Source: an uncultured Candidatus Saccharibacteria bacterium | GTDB lineage: Bacteria > Patescibacteriota > Minisyncoccia > Phycocordibacterales > UBA6899 | DNA length: 64,000 nt | Direction of reading: 5' to 3' | Assembly: GCA_964386905.1 (NCBI GenBank) | Contig: CAYLUP010000001.1 | Coordinates: 109,660 to 173,659, forward strand | In this document: positions 10,179 to 19,563 of the stretch, piece by piece | How positions within the stretch are numbered: position 1 is the stretch's first letter | Layout of the letters: each line of letters begins with the position of its first letter | Made by a program: the position numbers and the translations under genes | The notes under the pieces: model-generated | Told to the model about the DNA's origin: nothing | Database searches by the model: none | The model's input: the letters and a program-made list of their open reading frames with translations, nothing else

Positions 10179-10247
10179 GAAGTTTGTTATGCACAGCCTA
10201 TTAATTATTTCGTGGTAGAATACATGAGTACACGAGAGTGTATTGCG

Positions 10248-10559
10248 ATGAACGACTTTCTCAAAATGGACATCTTCTTTTCTGTGACAACGGCTATTGT
10301 CATAGTCTTCGGTGTTTTTGGGGTAGTCGCTTTTTATTACGTCATTCGGATTTTGAAATACATAACACAGATGGCACGCATTGCCTCTGAGGAAGCGGGA
10401 GAGATTCGTAATGATATTGCAGACATTCGTGCTGAGGTCAGAGAAAAGGGTGCACACATCAAACATATCATCCAATTCTTTACTGGCGCACTGAATGCTC
10501 CTGTGCAACAATCGCGAAAAACAAGGTCAAAAACTAAAACTAACAGTAAGAAAACATAA
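10248..10559 (+). CDS. Small membrane protein, DUF948/YtxG-like (N-terminal TM + coiled coil)
   Basis: TM helix FFSVTTAIVIVFGVFGVVAFYYVI followed by charged helical region; architecture like Bacillus YtxG. Confidence 0.4.
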   Translation: MNDFLKMDIFFSVTTAIVIVFGVFGVVAFYYVIRILKYITQMARIASEEAGEIRNDIADIRAEVREKGAHIKHIIQFFTGALNAPVQQSRKTRSKTKTNSKKT

Positions 10560-10563
10560 TCAT

Positions 10564-11109
10564 ATGGTTAAGGCAAAGAAGGCAGGCCTCGTCGCTGGTA
10601 TTGCGGCAGCAGCAATCGGTGTGGCGGCAGCTGGCGCAGCATCATACTATTTCCTAGGTGCAAAAAATGCCGATAAGAATCGCAAAAAAGCAGCTCGTTG
10701 GGCAAAAGACTTGCAGAAGGATGTGATCAAGAAGGCAAAAAAGCTCAAAAAGATTGATGAGCAGGCAATGCGCACGATTATCGACGAGTCTGTAGATGCA
10801 TATACAACCCTGAAGGATGTATCCGCTGATGATCTTCAGCGTGCTGCAACTGAATTGAAATCAGGATGGGAGCATGTCGCAAAGGAAGTTCGCAGGCTTG
10901 TGCGAGCGGACAAGGAGAAAGTTGCCGCTAAGCTCTCTAAAGACATAAAGGTTGTAAAAAAAGCTGTTAAAACTGCAACAAAGAATGTTGTGCCTGCAGT
11001 AAAGAAGGCAGCTAAAGCAAATCTCTCTCTTGTAAAAAAGAGTGTTGCCAACAAGAAGACGTCTTCTAAAAAGGCTGCTCCAAAGAAAATTACTTCAAAG
11101 AAAAAATAA
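10564..11109 (+). CDS. YtxH-like membrane protein with lysine/alanine-rich histone-H1-like C-terminal tail
   Basis: N-terminus MVKAKKAGLVAGIAAAAIGVAAAGAASYYFLGAKNADKNRKKAARWAKDL resembles YtxH family; C-terminus KKAVKTATKNVVPAVKKAAK...SSKKAAPKKITSKKK. Confidence 0.45.
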   Translation: MVKAKKAGLVAGIAAAAIGVAAAGAASYYFLGAKNADKNRKKAARWAKDLQKDVIKKAKKLKKIDEQAMRTIIDESVDAYTTLKDVSADDLQRAATELKSGWEHVAKEVRRLVRADKEKVAAKLSKDIKVVKKAVKTATKNVVPAVKKAAKANLSLVKKSVANKKTSSKKAAPKKITSKKK

Positions 11110-11135
11110 AAAGCCGTTGGCTTTTTATTTTTTTT
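11109..11135 (+). terminator. Rho-independent terminator (aaagccgttggcttt + T-run)
   Basis: Hairpin immediately after stop, long T-run. Confidence 0.7.
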
Positions 11136-11159
11136 CCTGTCTCATGATATACTAAAGCT

Positions 11160-12056
11160 GTGAATATTCAACGAGAATATGTCCATAAATCATATCACAC
11201 TCATCGTTCTTTGGATCGTGTGTTTTTTTTGTGTGCATATGGATATATTACACTCTTTACTGCACTCTATGTGTGTTTTTGGTTTATTCAGCTTCCAGCA
11301 TTTCGAGTAGAACGTATTGTTGTCGACAGTGGAATGAGTCAGTATGCGCAGCGTATTCAAGAAATCTTTCATATGCACACTTCAATGCCTCTGTTTTGGA
11401 TTTTCCCAAGAAAGAATATATTTCTTTTGCCGAAAGATCGCATTTTGAGCGATATTTATGCACTCGATAGCCGTATTCAGCACGCATCTCTTAGCGGGAG
11501 TCATCCCGATATCCTTCTTCGCACGACGATGTTTACTCCATCGTTTCTGTATATTTCGACTTTTTCAGACACCTCTTGTGATTTGGCTGTCTCTCAGTTT
11601 GCATCAGACGAGAACGCTGAACGTGCACCATGTACTGTTTCTTTGGAAGAACATCGTGTGCCTGATGTTTTTTGGGTCACGCAAGATGGATATGTTTTTG
11701 ACAATGCTCCGCAGTTCACCGGTGCGCCACTCCCCGTATTGTCTCAGGATGATGAGATTGAGGTTCGTGTGGGATCGACTCTTTCTCGTGAATACATGTC
11801 ATATGCCCATGAATATATGCGCGAAAGTGCAGAATACGGCTTATCTCTTCGATCAATACATTTTGGAAAAGAAGGAGATGCTGTCGTGAATTATGGATAC
11901 CGTTGGAATGTGCTTGTTTCGCTTCGTAAGTCTGCACACGACACGGTAGATCAGCTCGCACTCGCGCTTAGAGAGCTCGGGACACTTGCTTTTGATGCTG
12001 GCGGCTCTCTTTCACGAATAGACGTTCGATTTGGAAACAAAGTGTTTTACAAATAG
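11160..12056 (+). CDS. ftsQ: Cell division protein FtsQ/DivIB-like (TM + POTRA + beta domain)
   Basis: Single TM (ITLFTALYVCFWFIQL) followed by FRVERIVVDSGMS POTRA-like start and C-terminal ...SRIDVRFGNKVFYK. Confidence 0.45.
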   Translation: MNIQREYVHKSYHTHRSLDRVFFLCAYGYITLFTALYVCFWFIQLPAFRVERIVVDSGMSQYAQRIQEIFHMHTSMPLFWIFPRKNIFLLPKDRILSDIYALDSRIQHASLSGSHPDILLRTTMFTPSFLYISTFSDTSCDLAVSQFASDENAERAPCTVSLEEHRVPDVFWVTQDGYVFDNAPQFTGAPLPVLSQDDEIEVRVGSTLSREYMSYAHEYMRESAEYGLSLRSIHFGKEGDAVVNYGYRWNVLVSLRKSAHDTVDQLALALRELGTLAFDAGGSLSRIDVRFGNKVFYK

Positions 12057-12152
12057 TATAGCTGCTATATTTACAAAAGTATAAAATACGATAGACTGTG
12101 TATACCACATGCGCGTTGTGGGAAAAATAGGGAGACCTATTTTTTTATTGAA

Positions 12153-12560
12153 ATGTTTACATGGTATACTAATTGCATGTCCGTGTTCTCTCTTTTTCAA
12201 TCATATCTTCTTTGGCACTACGTCTATGCGGTTCGTGACGGATACGCACTTTTGAGAAATGCATTCTGGTTCATTGGAAGGATATTTTCTGTTCCCTTAC
12301 TCATTCGCACATTATTTTCCCCCTGGCATCGTCTTCATGAAGAAGTGCCGCGTTTTTTTGAAAACCCAGGAGAATTTTTTACCAATATCATCGTGAACAT
12401 CATTATGCGATGTGTTGGTTTCTCTGTCCGTTTCGCATACCTTCTCTTGGCATTCATGTTGTGCATTGTTATCGTCGCGTTTTGGATATGTGCTTTGCCG
12501 CTGTGGTATGCGCTACCTCTTTTGTCTACATTATTCTTCCTCGTACCGCTGTTTTTATGA
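12153..12560 (+). CDS. Polytopic membrane protein (135 aa), translationally coupled to downstream Clp-like ATPase
   Basis: 3-4 hydrophobic helices; stop TGA 12558-12560 overlaps ATG 12557-12559 of next gene (ATGA). Confidence 0.5.
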   Translation: MFTWYTNCMSVFSLFQSYLLWHYVYAVRDGYALLRNAFWFIGRIFSVPLLIRTLFSPWHRLHEEVPRFFENPGEFFTNIIVNIIMRCVGFSVRFAYLLLAFMLCIVIVAFWICALPLWYALPLLSTLFFLVPLFL

Positions 12561-15106
12561 TTTTTCAAATAACGCACAAGTACACAACACGGTTTTATTC
12601 TGCAGTATGCTCACTAGACAGAATTTTTTCTCCACGCGCACGCCATATTGTTTCTTGGAGTGCTGGATTTTTTGTTTTCGTTTTTTTGTGCTTGTCTGTT
12701 CTGATAGTCTGGGGACAGCTTGCTCTTCCTCCTTGGGCTTCTTTGTCACTTTCTTACCTCCTCGCTTTCGTTGATCATATCCCAGGTATTGATATTACAA
12801 ATGCAAGTTTTTTATATCGTTTACCAATTAGTGAACACTTTTCTGTTGCCTTTCCGTTTGTTTCAGGGCTTGGGTTTTGGAATATTATATTTGGGTTGAG
12901 TATTGCTACGTATCTTTATACAGCGTTGCTGACAATATTTGCGCGTTCTGCCTATTTTCAAGATCTTGCCTCAGCAGAGTTGTTTCATGAGCGTGTCCTT
13001 TCATATGTAGTTTCTGAAATTTTTCAACAAGCTGAAGAAGGTGACGTGCTCCGATCTTTTGTTCAACATCCAATTGGAAAGCACTTTTTTCAGCGTATTG
13101 AAGTGACACAGAGTGAATTGGGACAATTTCTTGTTACGCGAATGCACATCGTTGACTATCGTGAAGTCCCGAGTGTGTATCGTGTCCATACAATATCGGA
13201 ACTTATCCTTTCTCTCTGTCAATCTGAGGAAGTTGCGTTGTGGTTGCAGCGAAAGGGAATACATTCTGAAGATATTGCTATTGCGGCTTCGTGGGTTGAG
13301 TCAGAATATCGTATCCAAAAAGAACAAGAAAGGTGGTGGGGAAGAGAGGCGCTTGCGCGAATTCCTGTTTTTGGTGAGGAAATAGCATATGGATATGGAT
13401 TACTCATAAAAAAATTCACGACACCAGTGCTCCCGGTGGAGTCTCATCTCCGGTTTACGGGCGTAAGTGCGGAGGATCCTGTGGCACAATTACTGGAGTT
13501 ACTTCAACGCTCCGATGGGACAAATGCACTTATAATTTCCCCAAGTATTGCGCAGGGAATGGATATTATGCAGTCTGCGGTGGCTGAGATTTCTCGTTCA
13601 CAACATCCAAGATTTACACACAAAAAATGTCTTCTGTTCGACATTCCGTATTTTGAGCAACACGCAACTACTGTTAGCGAATTTGAGAGCATTCTTACGT
13701 CGATTCTTCTCGACGCACTCCGCTCGGGGAATTGCATACTTATTATTGACAATATTACCGCATTGATCCAGCGCGGACTTCTCCTTGGAGCTGATGTTGA
13801 CGGAATCCTCCGTCCCATTCTTGAATCAGCAGCTCTTCAAGTGATTGCACTTACGAGTATAGAGCAATTTCATGGACCTCTTTCTGCTCATCAGAATATT
13901 ACTCACGCATTTCATGAATTACACATTGAACAACTCTCTGATATCGAGCATCTTCGTAGACTTATTGTGTATGTAGAGCATCTTGAGCGTGAACAATCGG
14001 TACTCTTTTCAGTGCGTGCAGTGCACCAGATTATTACTGACGCAAATCGTGTTCGCACAAATCGCACACTTTTTGATCAGTCACGAGATATTCTTGCTGG
14101 CATCGTATCGACTACAGAGAAGAGTGCGCCACTCCTTATCACTAAAGATGATGTTGATGAATATGTTGCACAACACACACATATACCGATTGGCCCAACT
14201 GGCAAGGATGAAGAGATCCAGTTGCTCAACCTGGAGAAAGTCTTGCATCAATCTGTTGTTGGCCAAGATAAGGCTATCCATGCGATTTCTCAATCATTAC
14301 GAAGAAGTCGTTTGGGGTTACGTAATGAAAACCGTCCGATTGCCTCGTTCCTATTCTTTGGTCCAACTGGTGTAGGGAAAACAGAAGTCGCAAAAACAAT
14401 TGCGCGGGAATATTTTCATAGTGAAGAAAATATGCACCGTTTTGATATGACAGAATTTTCTGATCATACTGCTTTAGAACGCTTTATTGGTGGTGTAGAT
14501 TCCGGAGATGGTGCACTAGTGACCTGCCTTCTCGAGAGGCCATACGCGGTTTTGCTCCTTGATGAATTCGAGAAAGCGAACAGAAATATTCACGATCTCT
14601 TCTTGCAAATTATTGATGAAGGGTATTTCCATGATGTGAGTTCGAGAAAGATAAATTGTACAAATCTTGTGATTATTGCGACGAGCAATATTGCAGCGGA
14701 GGAAATCTATGCACACATCCGCAATGGAACAGTGCTTACAGATGTGCACGAAAGACAGTTAATTGCTCATACTATTGAACAAGGTCTTCTCAGGTCTGAA
14801 TTATTGAATCGATTTGATGAACTCATTTTGTTTCAGCCTCTGTCATCAGATGCATTGCGGCGTATTGCAGAGCTCATGCTATCGAAATTTGCAAAGCGTT
14901 TACTTGAAAAAGGAGTTGTGCTACAGATTAACGACGTTCTACTTCAATATCTGATGAGTCATGGAGTCGATCCCTTGTTTGGAGCACGTCCAATGCAGCG
15001 TGTTATTCAAAATAGTATCGAGCCTATCATTGCAGAGAAGCTTCTTCGGCACGAATTATCATCCGGTATGAGTTTTGCTTTTACAGAAGCTGATCTTCCA
15101 AAATAA
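12557..15106 (+). CDS. Membrane-anchored Clp/Hsp100-family AAA+ ATPase with degenerate NBD1 and intact NBD2
   Basis: N-terminal TM helices, Clp_N-like helical region, D1-like module lacking Walker A (SPSIAQGM where GEAGTGKT expected) but retaining D1 small-domain homology; D2 intact: [39 protein letters not shown] begins at 12410 but ATG at 12557 overlaps upstream stop. Confidence 0.75.
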   Translation: MIFQITHKYTTRFYSAVCSLDRIFSPRARHIVSWSAGFFVFVFLCLSVLIVWGQLALPPWASLSLSYLLAFVDHIPGIDITNASFLYRLPISEHFSVAFPFVSGLGFWNIIFGLSIATYLYTALLTIFARSAYFQDLASAELFHERVLSYVVSEIFQQAEEGDVLRSFVQHPIGKHFFQRIEVTQSELGQFLVTRMHIVDYREVPSVYRVHTISELILSLCQSEEVALWLQRKGIHSEDIAIAASWVESEYRIQKEQERWWGREALARIPVFGEEIAYGYGLLIKKFTTPVLPVESHLRFTGVSAEDPVAQLLELLQRSDGTNALIISPSIAQGMDIMQSAVAEISRSQHPRFTHKKCLLFDIPYFEQHATTVSEFESILTSILLDALRSGNCILIIDNITALIQRGLLLGADVDGILRPILESAALQVIALTSIEQFHGPLSAHQNITHAFHELHIEQLSDIEHLRRLIVYVEHLEREQSVLFSVRAVHQIITDANRVRTNRTLFDQSRDILAGIVSTTEKSAPLLITKDDVDEYVAQHTHIPIGPTGKDEEIQLLNLEKVLHQSVVGQDKAIHAISQSLRRSRLGLRNENRPIASFLFFGPTGVGKTEVAKTIAREYFHSEENMHRFDMTEFSDHTALERFIGGVDSGDGALVTCLLERPYAVLLLDEFEKANRNIHDLFLQIIDEGYFHDVSSRKINCTNLVIIATSNIAAEEIYAHIRNGTVLTDVHERQLIAHTIEQGLLRSELLNRFDELILFQPLSSDALRRIAELMLSKFAKRLLEKGVVLQINDVLLQYLMSHGVDPLFGARPMQRVIQNSIEPIIAEKLLRHELSSGMSFAFTEADLPK

Positions 15107-15137
15107 AAAGATGAGCACCATAAGTGCTCATCTTTTT
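15107..15137. terminator. Bidirectional hairpin terminator (aaaagatgagcacc ataa ggtgctcatctttt)
   Basis: Perfect 13-bp stem with A-run one side and T-run the other; sits between convergent Clp-like gene and tRNA-Tyr. Confidence 0.75.
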
Positions 15138-15141
15138 ATTG

Positions 15142-15225
15142 TGCGCCGGGTAGGATTCGAACCTACGTAGCCCATTGGGCGACAGATTTACAGTCTGTTG
15201 CGATTGACCGCTCCGCCACCGACGC
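15142..15225 (-). tRNA. tRNA-Tyr (anticodon GTA), class II
   Basis: Acceptor GCGTCGG/CCGGCGC (one G-U), anticodon stem ACAGA/TCTGT loop CTGTAAA, long variable arm, T-arm GTAGG-TTCGAAT-CCTAC. Confidence 0.85.
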
Positions 15226-15317
15226 AGTGAAAACTGTTTTTGTATTATACGGCCAAAATTGAAAATTGCAAGCAATGTGTCGCATTTGTTTCCACAGTGT
15301 GTTTTTCATATTTGTTG

Positions 15318-15323
15318 TATAAT
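15318..15323 (+). promoter_or_regulatory. -10 box TATAAT about 10 nt upstream of histidine-kinase ATG (near-leaderless transcript)
   Basis: ttgttgTATAATagatacaaatATG. Confidence 0.4.
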
Positions 15324-15333
15324 AGATACAAAT

Positions 15334-17148
15334 ATGGAAGTCAGTCCGCTTACAGCGGGTAAGGCGCAATTAGGGAAAGTTACACCACCACATGGAGGAA
15401 GACTCTTAATTACTCTTACCAGTGTCCTTTTGTTCGTCATGATACTCCTCGTCACAGTGTTGACGTATTTTTTGCCAGAAACATTTTTAAATAAATATAC
15501 GACGTCTATTGTTGCAAGTGTCGTTGGTGCATTTTCTATTGTGATTATCATCATGATGCGTATAACCTTGAAGCCCTATTTTGCATATGCAGAGCGCGCT
15601 ATCGAAGTTGTGCAAACCGTTGCTGTTTCAAGTGATCGACATGCTCGTGCGATTATTGGCTCCGGTCTGGGGTATTGGGATTACGATATCATCAGCGGCG
15701 CCGTGTATTTTTCGCCTCATATGATGGCATTACTCGGATATGGGGAACAAGAAAGAAATGATCGCATTGATTTTTGGTATAGTCTTATTCATCCTGACGA
15801 CGTTGAAGGTGTTCGCCGTACAATGACCTATCATTTTGACAGAAGAACGCCGGAATACTCTATCGAATATCGTGTTCGTCGTGCAAATGGAGAGTATATC
15901 TGGGTCGTCGATAAGGGGCGAGCAGAATATGGACTTGACGGGAAAGCCACAAAGCTCTCCGGGGTAACACAAGACATGACGAATCTTCGTCGTGTTCAAG
16001 AAGTTTTGGACGCACGTACTCGCGAGCTTGAAGTCGCAACGAAAAAAATCGTCGAGGAATCTCGAAATGCATTGAAGTTTAAGATGGCAACTGATGGTTC
16101 TGTTCAGGCTGTTGCGATTACTGATCCTGAAGGAAAAATTGTCTACGTGAATCCCGCATGGTCTCAGCTGAATGGATATCTTTTTGCGGAGGTCAATGGC
16201 CAGACGCACCGAATTCTTAAGAGTGCAGACACGCGAGAGGAACTTTTTGCTCAAATGTATCAGGCAATTATGGCAGGAAATGCATTTAAAACAGAAGATA
16301 TTTTTAATATTCGAAAAGATGGTACAAAGTATCAAGCTGCGTTAACCATCGTCCCTATTCGAGAAGATGGAAAAGTGATTTTCTACGTTGGTCTTTCTGA
16401 AGATATTACTCAAAGGAAGGAGGTAGATAAAGCAAAAACAGAGTTCGTTTCATTAGCATCTCATCAACTTCGCACGCCGTTGTCGGCAATTCGATGGTAT
16501 TCCGAAATGCTCTTGTCAAAATATGTTGGTGAATTAAATGAAAAGCAGAGACAGTATGTTCAAGAAATCTATCATGGAAATATCCGTATGGTAGACCTTG
16601 TTAATGCGCTTTTGAATACATCGCGAATCGATCTCGGTACTTTTGCCGTTGAACCCGAGCCCGTTAGTTTGATTGAAATTGCAGAGTCAGTTCTTTCGGA
16701 GCTTACTCCTCAAATCATTGAGCGAAAGCAGGAGATCGAGAAAGTATTTCAAGCTGCTCCGGCTGTCTACAATGCCGACCCTAAACTAATTCGCATCGTC
16801 TTCCAAAACCTTCTCTCAAACTCGGTGAAATATACACAAGTGGGAGGAAAAATTGGAGTCGAAATTAGCACAAAAGGTTCTGATCTCTACTTGAGTGTTT
16901 GGGATAACGGATACGGTATTCCACGACACCAACAAAGTCAGATGTTCCAAAAATTGTTCCGTGCTGATAATGTGCGACAAAAGGATACGGAGGGTACTGG
17001 TTTGGGTATGTATATCATTAAGGCCATTGTTGAATCGGCGAAAGGCCGAATCTGGTTTGATTCTGAAGAAAATAAGGGAACAAAATTCCACGTATTAATG
17101 CCACTTTCTGGCATGATTAAGAAGACGGGAACAAAAGGGCTTTCATAA
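15334..17148 (+). CDS. Sensor histidine kinase with N-terminal TM helices and tandem PAS domains (HisKA + HATPase_c)
   Basis: H-box SHQLRTPLSAIRWYSEMLL, N/G1/G2 boxes (NLLSNSVKYT, DNGYGIP, GTGLGM), two PAS-like segments; start at MEVSPL downstream of TATAAT. Confidence 0.85.
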   Translation: MEVSPLTAGKAQLGKVTPPHGGRLLITLTSVLLFVMILLVTVLTYFLPETFLNKYTTSIVASVVGAFSIVIIIMMRITLKPYFAYAERAIEVVQTVAVSSDRHARAIIGSGLGYWDYDIISGAVYFSPHMMALLGYGEQERNDRIDFWYSLIHPDDVEGVRRTMTYHFDRRTPEYSIEYRVRRANGEYIWVVDKGRAEYGLDGKATKLSGVTQDMTNLRRVQEVLDARTRELEVATKKIVEESRNALKFKMATDGSVQAVAITDPEGKIVYVNPAWSQLNGYLFAEVNGQTHRILKSADTREELFAQMYQAIMAGNAFKTEDIFNIRKDGTKYQAALTIVPIREDGKVIFYVGLSEDITQRKEVDKAKTEFVSLASHQLRTPLSAIRWYSEMLLSKYVGELNEKQRQYVQEIYHGNIRMVDLVNALLNTSRIDLGTFAVEPEPVSLIEIAESVLSELTPQIIERKQEIEKVFQAAPAVYNADPKLIRIVFQNLLSNSVKYTQVGGKIGVEISTKGSDLYLSVWDNGYGIPRHQQSQMFQKLFRADNVRQKDTEGTGLGMYIIKAIVESAKGRIWFDSEENKGTKFHVLMPLSGMIKKTGTKGLS

Positions 17149-17170
17149 AAACACCTCCAAGGGTGTTTTT
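17147..17170 (+). terminator. Hairpin terminator (aaaacacctccaagggtgttttt)
   Basis: Stem-loop + T-run after HK stop. Confidence 0.6.
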
Positions 17171-17216
17171 ATGTGGATATGCAAAGAGTTTATTTCTGAT
17201 ACAATATGATAATCAT

Positions 17217-17633
17217 ATGAATTCACAAGAACGTACCCAGACTGTTCTCGTCGTCGAGGATGAAAAACAGCTTTCATTTGCTGTTACGGAGGCACTTCAT
17301 GCACACGGATTTACCGTATACAACGCAATTTCTTTAGATACAGCAATAGAGCAATTGCAATCAATTGGTACTGTTGATGTTATTTGGCTTGACCACTACT
17401 TGATGGGCGCAGGGAACGGTATCGATTTTGTGGTAAAATTAAAGAGTGACCCGAGATGGAGTCAGATTCCTGTATTTATTGTTTCAAATACAGCATCAAC
17501 ACAAAATGTTCATTCATATATTCAGCTTGGCGTAACAAATTATTATACAAAGGCTGATTATGATATTGGACAAATTATTAGTGATATCAAGTATACGCTT
17601 GCGCAGAATGCGTCGCTTACGCATACAATATAA
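17217..17633 (+). CDS. Single-domain response regulator (CheY-like receiver only)
   Basis: VLVVEDE...DVIWLDHYLMG phosphoacceptor Asp context; no output domain; start at MNSQERT. Confidence 0.8.
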   Translation: MNSQERTQTVLVVEDEKQLSFAVTEALHAHGFTVYNAISLDTAIEQLQSIGTVDVIWLDHYLMGAGNGIDFVVKLKSDPRWSQIPVFIVSNTASTQNVHSYIQLGVTNYYTKADYDIGQIISDIKYTLAQNASLTHTI

Positions 17634-17638
17634 ACATT

Positions 17639-18022
17639 ATGGCAACATTGTTAAATAAAAAAGTTCTTGTCACTGAAGATGAAGCGCCGCTTCGGAATGC
17701 CGTCTCTGATATTTTGACATTTGAGGGCTTCACCGTATTTCAAGCGAAAAATGGACAAGAAGGTCTTGATATCGCTTTAAAAGAGCATCCAGATCTCATC
17801 CTTCTTGATTTGATGATGCCGGTCATGGATGGCCTGACGATGCTCCAAAAGCTTCGTGAGGATGAATGGGGAAAAACTGCTGCGGTTATTCTTTTGACAA
17901 ATATCAATGATCCAGAAAAAGTCGCTGCTGCAACAGATGCGGGGACGTATGATTTTCTTGTGAAGTCTGATTGGAATATCGAGGATGTTGTTGGCAAAAT
18001 CAAAACCCGACTCGGTGTCTAA
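17639..18022 (+). CDS. Single-domain response regulator (CheY-like receiver only)
   Basis: KVLVTEDEAPLRN...LILLDLMMPVMDG...VKSDW receiver motifs; 127 aa. Confidence 0.85.
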   Translation: MATLLNKKVLVTEDEAPLRNAVSDILTFEGFTVFQAKNGQEGLDIALKEHPDLILLDLMMPVMDGLTMLQKLREDEWGKTAAVILLTNINDPEKVAAATDAGTYDFLVKSDWNIEDVVGKIKTRLGV

Positions 18023-18145
18023 GTTTATGGTTTTGAAGAAATAACCCTTAGTTCGATACGTGACACGTTTACTATGTTTTAAGCACGGCCCACTTGTGTT
18101 CACGCCTCTCCGACAGGCGCAATTTCATTCAAAATTTTGAGTGTA

Positions 18146-18168
18146 TAAAAAACGGCCTAGGCCGTTTT
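18146..18168. terminator. Bidirectional hairpin terminator (aaaaaacggcctaggccgtttt)
   Basis: Perfect palindrome between convergent RR and cysS genes. Confidence 0.7.
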
Positions 18169-18170
18169 AT

Positions 18171-19562
18171 TTATGCGGGACGGATAATAGTATGTCCATC
18201 TTTCGTGTCTTCGAGGGTGAATCCGCGAGACGCGATACGTATTCGTATCTCATCTGCACGATTCCAGTTTTTGGCAATTTTCGCTATACGTCTTTCTTCT
18301 GAAAGGCGAACAATATCTTCTGGTATTTCGAACGAGGTGAGTTCTTCATCGCAAGAGATGAGTAAGCCCAAACCTAGAAGCTCATCAATTTTTGCAATTG
18401 TTGCCTTGTCAATATCGCTTCCTGTCGAAAGAAAGGTATGAAGGAGGGCAAGAACGCCAGAAGTGTTTAGGTCTTTATTGATGAATTCCGTTACAGCATC
18501 AATATATTCTTGCTTTGGTGAAGTTCCTGAGGGGAGTTCCGCAACTTTCTTCCTAAGCCGTATGAGTGCGGTTTCGGCGGCACGTACTGCCTCTGCAGTA
18601 AAGTTGACTTGCGTCCTATAGTGAGAGGTGAGAAGCCAATAACGGTATCCCAAAGGGGAGATCTCAAATTTATCTTGAAGTTCTGTGACGCGATATGTGT
18701 TTCCAAGAGATTTGCTCATTTTTTGCCCATCAACATTCATAAACGCAACATGCATCCAATATCGCGCAAATGGCTTCTCCGTTGCACACTCGCTCTGGGC
18801 AATTTCATTTGTGTGGTGCACAGGGATATGATCGATACCTCCAGTGTGAATATCTATGGTTTCAGAATCTAAACATTTCATAGACATTGCTGAACACTCA
18901 ATGTGCCAGCCGGGAAAACCGACACCCCATGGTGAGTCCCACTCTTGAAGACGATGTTCCCCGGAAGTGTTGAGTTTCCATAAAGCGAAATCAGTTGAAT
19001 GACGCTTCTCTCCAATGTCAACACGTTCTCCGGCAGAAAGCCCAGTCAAGTCAAGGCGTGCGAAGTCTGGGTAGTGAGAAAATTTTGATGTATCAAAATA
19101 TACTCCATCGCGCGTTAGATAGGTGTACCCTTTTTGTTCAAGCACACGAATAAGTGCGATTTGCTCAGAAATATGTTTGGTAGCTCTTGGGTAGTCGTGT
19201 GCTCGGCGGATGTTCAGGGCATCAGAATCTGACAGGAAAGCCTCTGTATACTTTTGAATGATGGTCTCGACATTCGTTCCGTCTCTCTTTGCTCCGACTT
19301 CGATTTTATCCTCGCCCTCATCAGCATCGGAAACGAGATGTCCAACATCGGTGATATTGATGACTTGTTTTGTTGTATAGCCATTCCACTCGAGCGCCCT
19401 GCGGAGTGTATCTGCAAAAACGTACGCACGCATATTTCCAATATGCGCATAATTATAGACGGTTGGGCCACAATGATATAACAATACTTCTTTTGAGTTC
19501 GTTCTTGGAATAAATGGAATAAGATCTCGCTGTGCGGTATTGTAGATGTAGAGTTCTTGCAT
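18171..19562 (-). CDS. cysS: Cysteine--tRNA ligase
   Basis: HIGN (HIGH-class) motif CGPTVYNYAHIGNMR, KMSKS motif, zinc-binding Cys positions. Confidence 0.95.
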   Translation of the reverse strand: MQELYIYNTAQRDLIPFIPRTNSKEVLLYHCGPTVYNYAHIGNMRAYVFADTLRRALEWNGYTTKQVINITDVGHLVSDADEGEDKIEVGAKRDGTNVETIIQKYTEAFLSDSDALNIRRAHDYPRATKHISEQIALIRVLEQKGYTYLTRDGVYFDTSKFSHYPDFARLDLTGLSAGERVDIGEKRHSTDFALWKLNTSGEHRLQEWDSPWGVGFPGWHIECSAMSMKCLDSETIDIHTGGIDHIPVHHTNEIAQSECATEKPFARYWMHVAFMNVDGQKMSKSLGNTYRVTELQDKFEISPLGYRYWLLTSHYRTQVNFTAEAVRAAETALIRLRKKVAELPSGTSPKQEYIDAVTEFINKDLNTSGVLALLHTFLSTGSDIDKATIAKIDELLGLGLLISCDEELTSFEIPEDIVRLSEERRIAKIAKNWNRADEIRIRIASRGFTLEDTKDGHTIIRPA

Positions 19563-19563
19563 A

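Noticed and set aside
9843-10511. 222-aa minus-strand ORF spanning the end of dus and the YtxG-like gene
   Set aside because: Overlaps two well-supported plus-strand genes and an intergenic region. Low-complexity translation.
12410-12556. Alternative upstream start (MCWFLCPF...) for the Clp-like ATPase giving an 898-aa product
   Set aside because: This segment overlaps the upstream membrane-protein gene in another frame. The ATG at 12557 overlapping that gene's TGA (ATGA) is the parsimonious coupled start.
15730-16335. 201-aa minus-strand ORF inside the histidine kinase gene
   Set aside because: Antisense to conserved PAS/HisKA coding sequence. No independent support.
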